Assembly (NCBI GenBank): GCA_019721075.1
Contig: JAHEAD010000012.1
Span: 62,001-91,764 of the forward strand
Source: Candidatus Sysuiplasma jiujiangense
GTDB taxonomy: Archaea > Thermoplasmatota > Thermoplasmata > Sysuiplasmatales > Sysuiplasmataceae
DNA: 29,764 nucleotides
Direction of reading: 5' to 3'
Shown here: piece by piece, positions 8,494 through 17,015 of the stretch
Layout of the letters: every line of letters starts with the position of its first letter
Position numbering within the stretch: the first letter of the stretch is position 1
Translations under genes and position numbers: made by a program
The notes under the pieces: model-generated
What the model was told of the DNA's origin: nothing
The model's input: the letters and a program-made list of their open reading frames with translations, nothing else
The model's database searches: none

Positions 8494-9441
8494 ATGAAAC
8501 TTCCAAGAGTGATGAATGCAGGCGAAATAATAGATTACCTCTTTTCAGCCGCCTCAAAGGCGCAGGGAAGCGGAACAAATGCGCTTACGAAGATCAGAAA
8601 GAGAAATATAAACAAACTGCACACGATCGGCGAACGGGCGGATAGACTGTTCTCCGAATATGTGACAGGCTTCCCTTCATTCGAAGAAAACACTTTCGAG
8701 TACGAGTTGGCGGATCTGCTTGTAGGTGTCGGTACACTGAAAAAGGCGATTGCATCCGTGCATGGATGCAAAAATAACGTTGTTACTGTGGTGAACAGGG
8801 CCGCCAGGGAAGTGGCAAAATCGTCCACCACCTCTGAAATGAGAAAGGCCAGGGAAGGCGCCTATGGAAGGACCGCTTCCCTGATCAAGGGCGTGGACGA
8901 AGATCTCAGTATGCTTGCCACGGCTTCGGCCAGGCTTGCAGAAATACCAGACATTGAGGGGGAAAACATAGTTGTTGTCGCAGGATTCCCCAATGTTGGC
9001 AAAAGCAGATTCGTATCATATATCTCTGGCGCCAGGACTAGAGTTGAACCCTATCCATTCACAACAACGGAACTTGTGGTGGGCCACAGGATCGTGGCAT
9101 ACACGGACATAACCTTTGTTGACATACCTGGACTCACAGAACGTGCCTTCGTAACCGGAAACCAGTACGAGAAGAAGGCGCTGCTTGCCATAAAACACAA
9201 GGCAAGGCTTATGCTCTATATCATAGATCCCACAGGGAGCTGCGGGTGTAGTTTGAAGGATCAGCATGCTCTTTTCACTGAACTCGAAAAGGCATTTGGG
9301 TCCAGGAGAACAATTGTTGCCTACAGCAAGGCTGATCTGGACAGCAACGTCAGTGAGGTGGAAGGCCTTCATTTTTCATCTGTGACGGGTCAAGGGGTGG
9401 ATGACCTTCTGGAAGCAGTGAGAAGGACGCTTGCCGGCTGA
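8494..9441 (+). CDS. NOG1-family (OBG class) GTP-binding protein
   Basis: N-terminal helical domain, then G1 GFPNVGKS, G2 YPFTT, G3 DIPG and G4 SKAD; IDPTGSCG motif typical of NOG1. Confidence 0.9.
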   Translation: MKLPRVMNAGEIIDYLFSAASKAQGSGTNALTKIRKRNINKLHTIGERADRLFSEYVTGFPSFEENTFEYELADLLVGVGTLKKAIASVHGCKNNVVTVVNRAAREVAKSSTTSEMRKAREGAYGRTASLIKGVDEDLSMLATASARLAEIPDIEGENIVVVAGFPNVGKSRFVSYISGARTRVEPYPFTTTELVVGHRIVAYTDITFVDIPGLTERAFVTGNQYEKKALLAIKHKARLMLYIIDPTGSCGCSLKDQHALFTELEKAFGSRRTIVAYSKADLDSNVSEVEGLHFSSVTGQGVDDLLEAVRRTLAG

Positions 9442-9529
9442 AATTTGATTATCAACTTTAGAAACCTGTTGGGAATACTTTAGTATTATCAGGGGCGGAT
9501 TACAGAACACAGGCAAAGAAGGTGGTCGT

Positions 9530-10204
9530 CTGGGCGAAGAGCCAGACTTGAGGAGCGCAGCATTTACACTGAAAAAGGAGGTTGACAGGCTTACTGTAGA
9601 GTACGCCAATGCCATCAAGATACTCGAGGAAATAGGTCTTAATGCAGAAAAGGGTGAAAGCTTTTCAACTATACAGGGCGCAATCAAGGTTCTCAGAGTC
9701 GAACTTGACCGGGAACTCGATATGAGCGAGATGAACAGATTCAGGAGCGAGGTGGTACTGCTCGATCCGGATGAAGAGATGAGACGCGGGAATGCAGAGA
9801 CTGCGTCGCCTGAAACTTCGCGCCGGAGGCTGCAGGACAGCAAACAGGATGAAATTCGGGAAACGGAAATGCAGTTTTCGGGCGGCGTGCCGGAGGGTGG
9901 GGCCAGCACCGGAAGAATTGGAGTCTCCGGTGTTTCCGGGACGACCGGTCCTTACATGGCATCTCAGACCAGGAGACCTGTGGTAAGGGAGGCCGATACA
10001 GACAGAATCCAGATAAGGCTATCTTCAATGAAGATTGAGAAGGTTGCCTCCGGAAAACACGATACTTCAGTGACGCAGGATCCTGCAAACGTTGCCTATG
10101 AAGCCGATGAGACAGATGGAGAACTCATAAAATGCAGAAATTGCGGCACGAAGATCAGCAGAAAATCGATTGTCTGCGTCTCCTGCGGTGAGTTCCTGCG
10201 CTGA
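9530..10204 (+). CDS. Hypothetical protein with C-terminal zinc ribbon
   Basis: Open frame filling the gap between NOG1 and polC; C-terminal CRNC-x10-CVSC. Start placed at CTG 9530 behind SD GAAGGTGG; the ORF track uses TTG 9548. Confidence 0.75.
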   Translation: MGEEPDLRSAAFTLKKEVDRLTVEYANAIKILEEIGLNAEKGESFSTIQGAIKVLRVELDRELDMSEMNRFRSEVVLLDPDEEMRRGNAETASPETSRRRLQDSKQDEIRETEMQFSGGVPEGGASTGRIGVSGVSGTTGPYMASQTRRPVVREADTDRIQIRLSSMKIEKVASGKHDTSVTQDPANVAYEADETDGELIKCRNCGTKISRKSIVCVSCGEFLR

Positions 10205-10248
10205 ATGGCTGTAACACAGGATTCCGGTAACCGCCAGACGGCCATTAA

Positions 10249-10263
10249 AGAAAGGATTAATAC
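10249..10263 (+). promoter_or_regulatory. Putative BRE/TATA box for polC
   Basis: GAAAGGATTAATA about 50 nt upstream of ATG 10309. Confidence 0.4.
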
Positions 10264-10308
10264 TCAGTACCCATGCCAATCAGTCTGAGTAACAGTTGCT
10301 GGTAAACG

Positions 10309-13300
10309 ATGCCTGAAATTGCCATGAGCACGAGGGTGAGGGAATATTTTGCGCGTCTCGAAGAAGAGGCGAGAAAATGTTACGATATTACGTCGAGGGC
10401 ACGTATCACTGGTATTGATACCGAGGAGAAAGTGGAAATACCCCTTGCGGAGGATATGGCTGCCCGGGTTGAGGAGCTTCTATCGGATTACAATGTGAAA
10501 GGGATTGCAGCAAAAATCAGGAAGCTCGCTGAAAACTACAACAGGGAAGAACTCTCGCTTATAATTGCGAAGGAAATAGCAAACGAGGGATCGGGTACAA
10601 AACTCGAACTTCTGGAGCGTGCAGTCAGGGTTGGTCTGGCGATACTCACAGAGGGCATACTCGTGGCACCGCTGGAGGGTATTGCCGGTGTAAAAATATC
10701 GGCAGAGGGCGGGACCGGGAGCTACGTGACGCTTTATTTTTCAGGCCCCATACGTTCTGCAGGCGGCACAGGGCAGGCCATGAGCGTGCTTATTGCAGAT
10801 GTGGTAAGAAGAGAACTGGGCATCGGCAGATATGTTCCAACAGAGGAGGAGGTTGAAAGATTCAAGGAGGAAATTCCGCTATACAAGCAGACCCAGCACC
10901 TTCAGTATCTTCCATCGCCTGAAGAGACGGAGATAATAGTAATGAACTGTCCGGTGTGCATAGATGGCGAGGGCACGGAAGACGTGGAGGTTGCGGGTTA
11001 TCGCGATCTCCCGAGGACAGGCACCAACAGACTCAGGGGCGGCGCGTGCATTGTAATTGCGGACGGTTTGTGCCAGAAAGCATCGAAGATAATGAAGCAT
11101 GTCGGGAATCTCAAACTGGATGGTTGGAATTTCCTGGAGAAAATAACAGGCAAGGCGACCGACATAGATGACGGGGAGGTCAGGATAGCACCAAACGAGA
11201 AGTATGTGAAAGATATGGTGGCGGGAAGACCCATATTCTGCCACCCTTCAAGGATAGGAGGATTCAGGCTCAGATACGGAAGAACACGCACAACCGGGCT
11301 AAGCGCTGTTGCAATAAATCCCGCTACAATGTTTGTTCTTGACAGCTTTATAGCCATAGGTACGCAGATCAAGCTGGAAAGACCGGGAAAAGCGGGAGCA
11401 GTGACGCCGTGCACCGAGGCGGAGGGACCAATAGTTCTGATGAAAAATGGCGACGTTGTGCAGCTCAACACCACTCATGAAGCCCTGGATTCCCTGAAGG
11501 AAGTTAAGGAAATCATAGACATAGGGGAGATAGTCATACCATTTGGCGAATTCCTGGAGAACAACCACCCGCTGGTTCCGGCGGGTTATTCGCTCGAATG
11601 GCACAGGGCGCTGCTCAGAAACAGACTCGGGAAGCTGCCGCCGAACTGGAGGGAACAGTCGTGGGAAGAGGCTCTGGCGACCTCCATCGGACACAATGTA
11701 CCGCTGCATCCTGCTTACAATCTTTTCTGGAGTGACCTGACGATGGAAGAGCTGTTCCGTCTGATTGAATACGTCTCAGGCAGCGGTATATTTCTGAATG
11801 ATGAGCTGCATCTTCCACTTACCTCCGAAAAATCGCTGCTCGAGAAGCTGGGTGCGCTGCACAGGATTAAGGGAAAAGAGATCATAATAGAAAAATATGC
11901 GAAACCCCTGCTCCTGTGCCTCGGCCTTGAACCGGCGGAAGGAACGCTCAGGAGAATCAGACAGCCCGGACTGTTTTCAAATGCAATCGAGACCGTTTCA
12001 TACCTTGCCGGAATCAGGATTATGCCCAGGGCTATAACGAGAATAGGCTCCAGAATGGCACGGCCCGAAAAAGCTGCTGAAAGAAAAATGAAACCCTCAC
12101 CTCATGTCCTCTTTCCCCTGGGGCACGAGGGAGGGATGCAGCGGCTGTTCTCGACTGCTGCGCAGAAAGGTGAATTTTCGGTTGAGATGAATCAGAGAAT
12201 CTGCCCGTCTTGCGGCTCAACGACATTTCTGTCGCTATGCAGGTGCGGGGCGCATACATACTCGAGGGGGAAGTCTGCGACTTTCAGAGTCAACATACGG
12301 TCAGTGCTGGAAGATGCCGCGGGCAGAATTGGAGAGAGCCGATACAGCGATATGAAAGGCGTACAGGGGCTGATTTCAGCGGCCAGAACGCCGGAACCTG
12401 TGGAGAAGGGCATTCTCAGGGCGAAGCACGGCGTAAACGTTTTCAGGGACGGCACTGTCCGGTTCGACATGACGGATGTTCCGCTGACCCATTTCAGACC
12501 CGCTGAGATTGGGCTTAGTGTCGAGCGTGCGAAGAAGCTTGGGTACACAATGGATGCAGAAGGCAGGGAACTGGCATCTTCCAACCAGCTATGCGAGCTG
12601 ATGGTGCAGGACATAGTGCCTTCAGTAAAATTTGCAGACTACATGAAAAGAGTGGCTGACTTTGTAGATGATGAACTTGTCAGGCTCTATGGCCAGCAGC
12701 CATACTACAAGCTGAACAGCAAATGGGATCTGATAGGGCAGCTCGCGGTTGGACTGGCACCGCATACTTCCGGCGGAATATTGTGCAGAATAATTGGTTT
12801 TACAGAAACAAACGCCGGCTATGGCCATCCATTTTTCCATGCTGCAAAGAGGAGAAATGCCGACGGGGATGAAGACTCGGTGATTCTGCTGATGGACGCG
12901 ATTCTCAACTTCTCAAGATCGTATCTTCCCGAAACACGGGGAGGGCTCATGGATGCACCGCTCGTCCTTTCATTGAGGATAGATCCGAATGAAATAGACA
13001 AGGAGGCGCACAATATCGACTTGCTGAAAGAATACCCTCTTGAATTTTTTGAGGCAACCGAGCGCTTCGCCAGGCCAAAGGAGGTGGAGGCCATCATGGA
13101 CACTGTGGGCCCCAGGATATTCAGCGAAAGACAGTACGAGGGATTCGGCTTTACCAACGACACCGCCGACATATCGGAAGGACCCAGGGGATCCGTATAC
13201 AGTACCCTGGAAACAATGGAAGATAAATTATGGGCACAGCTTGAACTTGCAAGAAAAATCAGGGCCGTTGATGCCGGGGATGTTGCCTACAGGGTGATAA

Positions 13301-13620
13301 CAAAGCATTTCCTTCCCGACATGATAGGGAATCTGAAAAGTTTTTCAGCTCAGGAGCTCAGATGCACCAAATGCGGATCGAAATACAGGAGGATGCCACT
13401 CAGGGGAAAATGCTATTGCGGCCACGAACTGACACTGACTGTCCATGAGGCCAGTGTCAAAAAGTATCTGGAACTCACGAAGGAGATTGTGAGGAGGTTC
13501 GATCTTCCCCAATACACAATCCAGAGGATCGAGCTCATTGAGAGTTCGATGAAGAGCCTGTTTGAAAGCGACAGCGTCAGGACACTGAAGCTGACTGAGT
13601 TCGAACAGACGGCAGATTGA
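10309..13620 (+). CDS. polC: DNA polymerase D large subunit (DP2)
   Basis: AILTEGILVAPLEGI, YFSGPIRSAGGT, GFRLRYGR, GLAPHTSGG, HAAKRRNADGDED catalytic region, C-terminal CTKC...CYC zinc module and PIP-like KLTEF tail; no intein. Confidence 0.98.
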   Translation: MPEIAMSTRVREYFARLEEEARKCYDITSRARITGIDTEEKVEIPLAEDMAARVEELLSDYNVKGIAAKIRKLAENYNREELSLIIAKEIANEGSGTKLELLERAVRVGLAILTEGILVAPLEGIAGVKISAEGGTGSYVTLYFSGPIRSAGGTGQAMSVLIADVVRRELGIGRYVPTEEEVERFKEEIPLYKQTQHLQYLPSPEETEIIVMNCPVCIDGEGTEDVEVAGYRDLPRTGTNRLRGGACIVIADGLCQKASKIMKHVGNLKLDGWNFLEKITGKATDIDDGEVRIAPNEKYVKDMVAGRPIFCHPSRIGGFRLRYGRTRTTGLSAVAINPATMFVLDSFIAIGTQIKLERPGKAGAVTPCTEAEGPIVLMKNGDVVQLNTTHEALDSLKEVKEIIDIGEIVIPFGEFLENNHPLVPAGYSLEWHRALLRNRLGKLPPNWREQSWEEALATSIGHNVPLHPAYNLFWSDLTMEELFRLIEYVSGSGIFLNDELHLPLTSEKSLLEKLGALHRIKGKEIIIEKYAKPLLLCLGLEPAEGTLRRIRQPGLFSNAIETVSYLAGIRIMPRAITRIGSRMARPEKAAERKMKPSPHVLFPLGHEGGMQRLFSTAAQKGEFSVEMNQRICPSCGSTTFLSLCRCGAHTYSRGKSATFRVNIRSVLEDAAGRIGESRYSDMKGVQGLISAARTPEPVEKGILRAKHGVNVFRDGTVRFDMTDVPLTHFRPAEIGLSVERAKKLGYTMDAEGRELASSNQLCELMVQDIVPSVKFADYMKRVADFVDDELVRLYGQQPYYKLNSKWDLIGQLAVGLAPHTSGGILCRIIGFTETNAGYGHPFFHAAKRRNADGDEDSVILLMDAILNFSRSYLPETRGGLMDAPLVLSLRIDPNEIDKEAHNIDLLKEYPLEFFEATERFARPKEVEAIMDTVGPRIFSERQYEGFGFTNDTADISEGPRGSVYSTLETMEDKLWAQLELARKIRAVDAGDVAYRVITKHFLPDMIGNLKSFSAQELRCTKCGSKYRRMPLRGKCYCGHELTLTVHEASVKKYLELTKEIVRRFDLPQYTIQRIELIESSMKSLFESDSVRTLKLTEFEQTAD

Positions 13621-13658
13621 CATCAGCCGTCGGGAATCCGGCTACCTGCGTGATTGAG

Positions 13659-14318
13659 ATGCGACCGGAAATAGTGACTTTTGACATCGACGGTACTCTG
13701 ACAGTCGGTCATGGATGGTATTACATTGCGGAAATGCTTGGGAAAAAGGATGATTACCTCCGTTCAACGCGCCTTTACAGGAGCGGAAGGATAGATGAAA
13801 GGGAACACCTGAACAATCTGCTGAATCTGGCGGCGGGCAGGACGGTTGATGATATTGCAGGAATGCTGGAGAGGGTCCCTCTCATCGATAACATCGCTGA
13901 GGGAGTAGAGCGGCTGAAGTCAGAAGGCATCGGCTCTTTTCTCCTGACACATAACCCTGAATACGTTTGTAAATGGTACTCCGGCAGATTTGGCTTCGAG
14001 GGGTATATCTGCTCCAGCCAGAAGGTCGACGGAAAAACCATCCGGAGAGCTGAATCCGCAGCGCCTGACAAGCTGGCCTGGCTTGACAAGTTCTGCCGCG
14101 CCAGGAAAGTGGAGCTGGAAGGCATACTGCACATAGGGGACAGCGCGAGCGATCGCTCTGTATTCATCCGGACCGGACGCGGCATCGCAGTCAATACAAG
14201 GGACAGGTCGATAATATACAGCGCGACAGCATACCTGAACACAACGGACATGAACGATATTGCCGGAAAGGTGCTGGAAATATCAGACGGCACTCAGCTT
14301 TTCCGCGAGATCCGATGA
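13659..14318 (+). CDS. HAD-superfamily hydrolase (phosphoserine phosphatase-like)
   Basis: Motif I FDIDGTLT, motif II LLTH, motif III K (PDK) and motif IV GDSASD. Start ATG 13659, or TTG 13617 overlapping the polC stop. Confidence 0.87.
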   Translation: MRPEIVTFDIDGTLTVGHGWYYIAEMLGKKDDYLRSTRLYRSGRIDEREHLNNLLNLAAGRTVDDIAGMLERVPLIDNIAEGVERLKSEGIGSFLLTHNPEYVCKWYSGRFGFEGYICSSQKVDGKTIRRAESAAPDKLAWLDKFCRARKVELEGILHIGDSASDRSVFIRTGRGIAVNTRDRSIIYSATAYLNTTDMNDIAGKVLEISDGTQLFREIR

Positions 14319-15113
14319 TTTCTTTTCGAGTATCTCTATTGATTTGATAAGCGCCTCAGACGCGGTCAGTGAGCCGTCCGTCTCAAACTGCATGACAAAT
14401 CGGGATTCGTCGCCGGTGACTTCGACAGCCCCCCTGGGTGCTGCCTCAACGCAGGCTTTGCAGAGCGTGCACTTTTCGATATCTGTAACAACGATGCTGG
14501 ATGCCCGCTTTTCAAGTATGTTCACCGGGCAGCAGCCCGTATCGAACTTGTCCAGGTCCAGCCTGTCATAATTGAACTTGACGCTCGGATAGTACCTGTA
14601 ACCGGGCGACTGGACTGCCTGAAACCTCGCATGCTGTTTACCTGTACCAAGTTCAGCGGTTGCATAAACCAGGACTGCCTGTTTCGGGCCGAGTTTGACA
14701 ATTGGTATGAATTCATCCTTTACGCGGTACTTTTCGCTTCCCAGAGGTTCCAGATCTCCGGAATAAACGGTGCATGGCCCCTTCTTGTTCAGCGAATACA
14801 TAACAGTGCAGCTGGGGCAGCCTTCACCCTTGCAGGTGCATTCATTCCTGAAATTGAACTCATCCAGGTAGGTTGGAAGAGGTATGAGGCCGAGTCTGTG
14901 AGCTATCATTTCATCGAACAGTGGAGTGACACTCTCGTACTCTGTGCCGTCTTCACCCATTATAGGACCGAGATGAAACTCCACATTGTTGACAGCCATT
15001 TTCGGCACTTCTGAGAGAAGCGTTCTCCGCAGCGCATTTACCTGCTGAGGATTCGCATCCGAGACTACAAAGCGAATGAAATTGTCCTTTACTTCCCTGA
15101 ATTCTATATCCAT
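14283..15113 (-). CDS. rpoD: DNA-directed RNA polymerase subunit D (Rpo3)
   Basis: NALRRTLLSEVPKMA, DEMIAHRLGLIPL, IPIVKL, ferredoxin-like insert (CCP...CTLCKAC) and ETDGSL; position after rps11. Confidence 0.97.
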   Translation of the reverse strand: MDIEFREVKDNFIRFVVSDANPQQVNALRRTLLSEVPKMAVNNVEFHLGPIMGEDGTEYESVTPLFDEMIAHRLGLIPLPTYLDEFNFRNECTCKGEGCPSCTVMYSLNKKGPCTVYSGDLEPLGSEKYRVKDEFIPIVKLGPKQAVLVYATAELGTGKQHARFQAVQSPGYRYYPSVKFNYDRLDLDKFDTGCCPVNILEKRASSIVVTDIEKCTLCKACVEAAPRGAVEVTGDESRFVMQFETDGSLTASEALIKSIEILEKKSSDLAEKLSAV

Positions 15114-15125
15114 CTGAGCACCCGT

Positions 15126-15506
15126 TCAGACCCTTCTGCCACGTCTTCCGCCCTTCTTCTTTGTGCCGTCATGCGGAACAGGGGTAACATCCTCTATTCG
15201 CCCAATCTTGAGTCCCGCTCTAGCGAGTGCTCTGATTGCCGCCTGCGCACCGGGTCCGGGTGATGCTGATTTGTTTCCGCCGGGGGCCCTTACCCTGACA
15301 TGCACCGTATCGATGCCCTTCTCCTTGATCTGCTCAGCAACCCGCTCTGCGGCGCGCATTGCGGCATACGGGGAGGACTCATCCTTGGCTGCCTTGACAA
15401 CCATGCCTCCGGTACATTTAGCAATTGTTTCAGCGCCTGTTATGTCGGTGACAGTTATGAGAATATTGTTGTAGCTTGCGAAAATATTCGCAATGCCTAT
15501 CTTCAT
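15126..15506 (-). CDS. rps11: 30S ribosomal protein S11 (uS11)
   Basis: [40 protein letters not shown]. Confidence 0.98.
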   Translation of the reverse strand: MKIGIANIFASYNNILITVTDITGAETIAKCTGGMVVKAAKDESSPYAAMRAAERVAEQIKEKGIDTVHVRVRAPGGNKSASPGPGAQAAIRALARAGLKIGRIEDVTPVPHDGTKKKGGRRGRRV

Positions 15507-16246
15507 TTGTCCGCCTCCGTGTCATCAGGCACAGCATCCTGCAGGGGAACATCCTCTTTTACCTCCACCGCCTCAACCGCTTCCTTCAGCACCACATCCT
15601 TCTTTATCTCCTTCTTCACGACCTTCTGCACCACAGGAGGAACGAATGACCGGCGTCTCGAAAACTTCGAGTTCCTTCCTTCTTCCCTGTCCGGTCTCTT
15701 CTCCTTCAGGACACCGACAAAATCTGGTGCAGGGCGCATCGGATGCATGTCGCCGGATATCGGGGATGTGGGTGAATAAGCGATAGATTCGTCCTCCCCT
15801 ATCTTGACCATATATCCCGGAACGGTCAACCGTCTCGACTGCATGCTTATATGACCGTGAACAATAAACTGTCTCGCCTGTTCCACGCTTCTTGCCATTC
15901 CCTTCTTGAGTATAATCGTCTGAAGTCTTCTGGACAGGACCTCTTCTATGTTTATCAGAAGCAGATCGTTGAGATCTGCTGTCTCGTTGACAAGACCGAG
16001 CCTCTTGCATTTTGCCAGAAGAAGCTCTGTTTCCTTCCGTGCCTGTTCGTCTCCGGCCCTGTTGCGCGCCTGAAGAGATCTGGACTGTCTTCTCACTTCC
16101 CTGAGGAAAGACTGGGCCTTCCATAACTCCTTCTTGTTCTTCAGTCCGTACTTGAAAACGAGATTGCTCTCCCTCTTAATTCTCTCCCCTTCCCACGGAT
16201 GGGAAGGCCTGTCATATTTTCTGACCGGAAACTTTGGATCTCCCAT
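15503..16246 (-). CDS. rps4: 30S ribosomal protein S4 (uS4) with C-terminal extension
   Basis: MGDPKF...[29 protein letters not shown]. Confidence 0.97.
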   Translation of the reverse strand: MGDPKFPVRKYDRPSHPWEGERIKRESNLVFKYGLKNKKELWKAQSFLREVRRQSRSLQARNRAGDEQARKETELLLAKCKRLGLVNETADLNDLLLINIEEVLSRRLQTIILKKGMARSVEQARQFIVHGHISMQSRRLTVPGYMVKIGEDESIAYSPTSPISGDMHPMRPAPDFVGVLKEKRPDREEGRNSKFSRRRSFVPPVVQKVVKKEIKKDVVLKEAVEAVEVKEDVPLQDAVPDDTEADK

Positions 16247-16266
16247 TAATTCACCTTAAAATTGGC

Positions 16267-16899
16267 TCAGCTGGCCTTCTCCTTTGAAGCTGGCTTGGCA
16301 GGCGTTTTGGCAGGAGCGGCGGACTTTGCGGCTGGCGCAGCGGTTTTGGCAGCCTTGCCCGCGGTTGCAGACTGTCCAGGCGCGGCTTCAGCGGCCGCCT
16401 TCTCTCCGCCGGCACCCGCGGCAGGCGCGGCAGCGACCCTGGTCACACCCATCGTCAGACCTGTCCTTCCGTTGGAACGCGTCCGCTGTCCCCTGACTTT
16501 CTGTCCTGTCTCATGCCTTATTCCCTTGTAACAGCGAATCATTTTCATGCGGTTGATGTCTTCCCTGACCGCAAGGTCAACTTCGGTACCTATGGCATGC
16601 CTGCTTTCCCCGGTTTCAAATTCGCTTGGCCGGTTTACCATCCAGCCCGGGAAGTTACTTGCGATTGAATTTATTGCCTCTTCTATTTCTGCATACTTGG
16701 ATTCAGGGTATGAGCCGAGCTTGACGTTCCTGTCAATGCCTGCGGATATGGCCACCCGTTCAGCAATACGCTTTCCGAGACCTTTTATCTTCATCAAGGC
16801 AACAACGGACTTCTTGTTTCCGTCCAGATCAGTGTTCGCTATATGAACTATGAAATGGAAATCGCCCTTCGCAGCATCATTCCCGGTCTGATCAGCCAA
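16267..16899 (-). CDS. rps13: 30S ribosomal protein S13 (uS13) with Ala/Lys/Pro-rich tail
   Basis: IANTDLDG, IKGLG, YKGIRHETGQKVRGQRTRSNGRTG; TTG start. Confidence 0.97.
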   Translation of the reverse strand: MADQTGNDAAKGDFHFIVHIANTDLDGNKKSVVALMKIKGLGKRIAERVAISAGIDRNVKLGSYPESKYAEIEEAINSIASNFPGWMVNRPSEFETGESRHAIGTEVDLAVREDINRMKMIRCYKGIRHETGQKVRGQRTRSNGRTGLTMGVTRVAAAPAAGAGGEKAAAEAAPGQSATAGKAAKTAAPAAKSAAPAKTPAKPASKEKAS

Positions 16900-16941
16900 A
16901 ACTAACCAATCCTCTTGTAATAATTGCCTAAAAGGTTGCCA

Positions 16942-16956
16942 TATTTAACCTATTCG
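16942..16956 (-). promoter_or_regulatory. Putative BRE/TATA box of the rps13-rps4-rps11-rpoD operon
   Basis: Minus strand CGAATAGGTTAAATA about 45 nt upstream of the rps13 start. Confidence 0.5.
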
Positions 16957-17015
16957 CCGGCTGATTCAGCCGTTTGCCGGAAAACTGTTTGGCATGTTCG
17001 GAATGGCACTGCGGT

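Noticed and set aside
10309..13620. Intein in polC
   Set aside because: At 1103 aa with continuous DP2 motifs there is no room for one and no splicing motifs are visible.
14400..14570. Fe-S ferredoxin-like insert in RpoD
   Set aside because: An established feature of many archaeal Rpo3 subunits; not novel.
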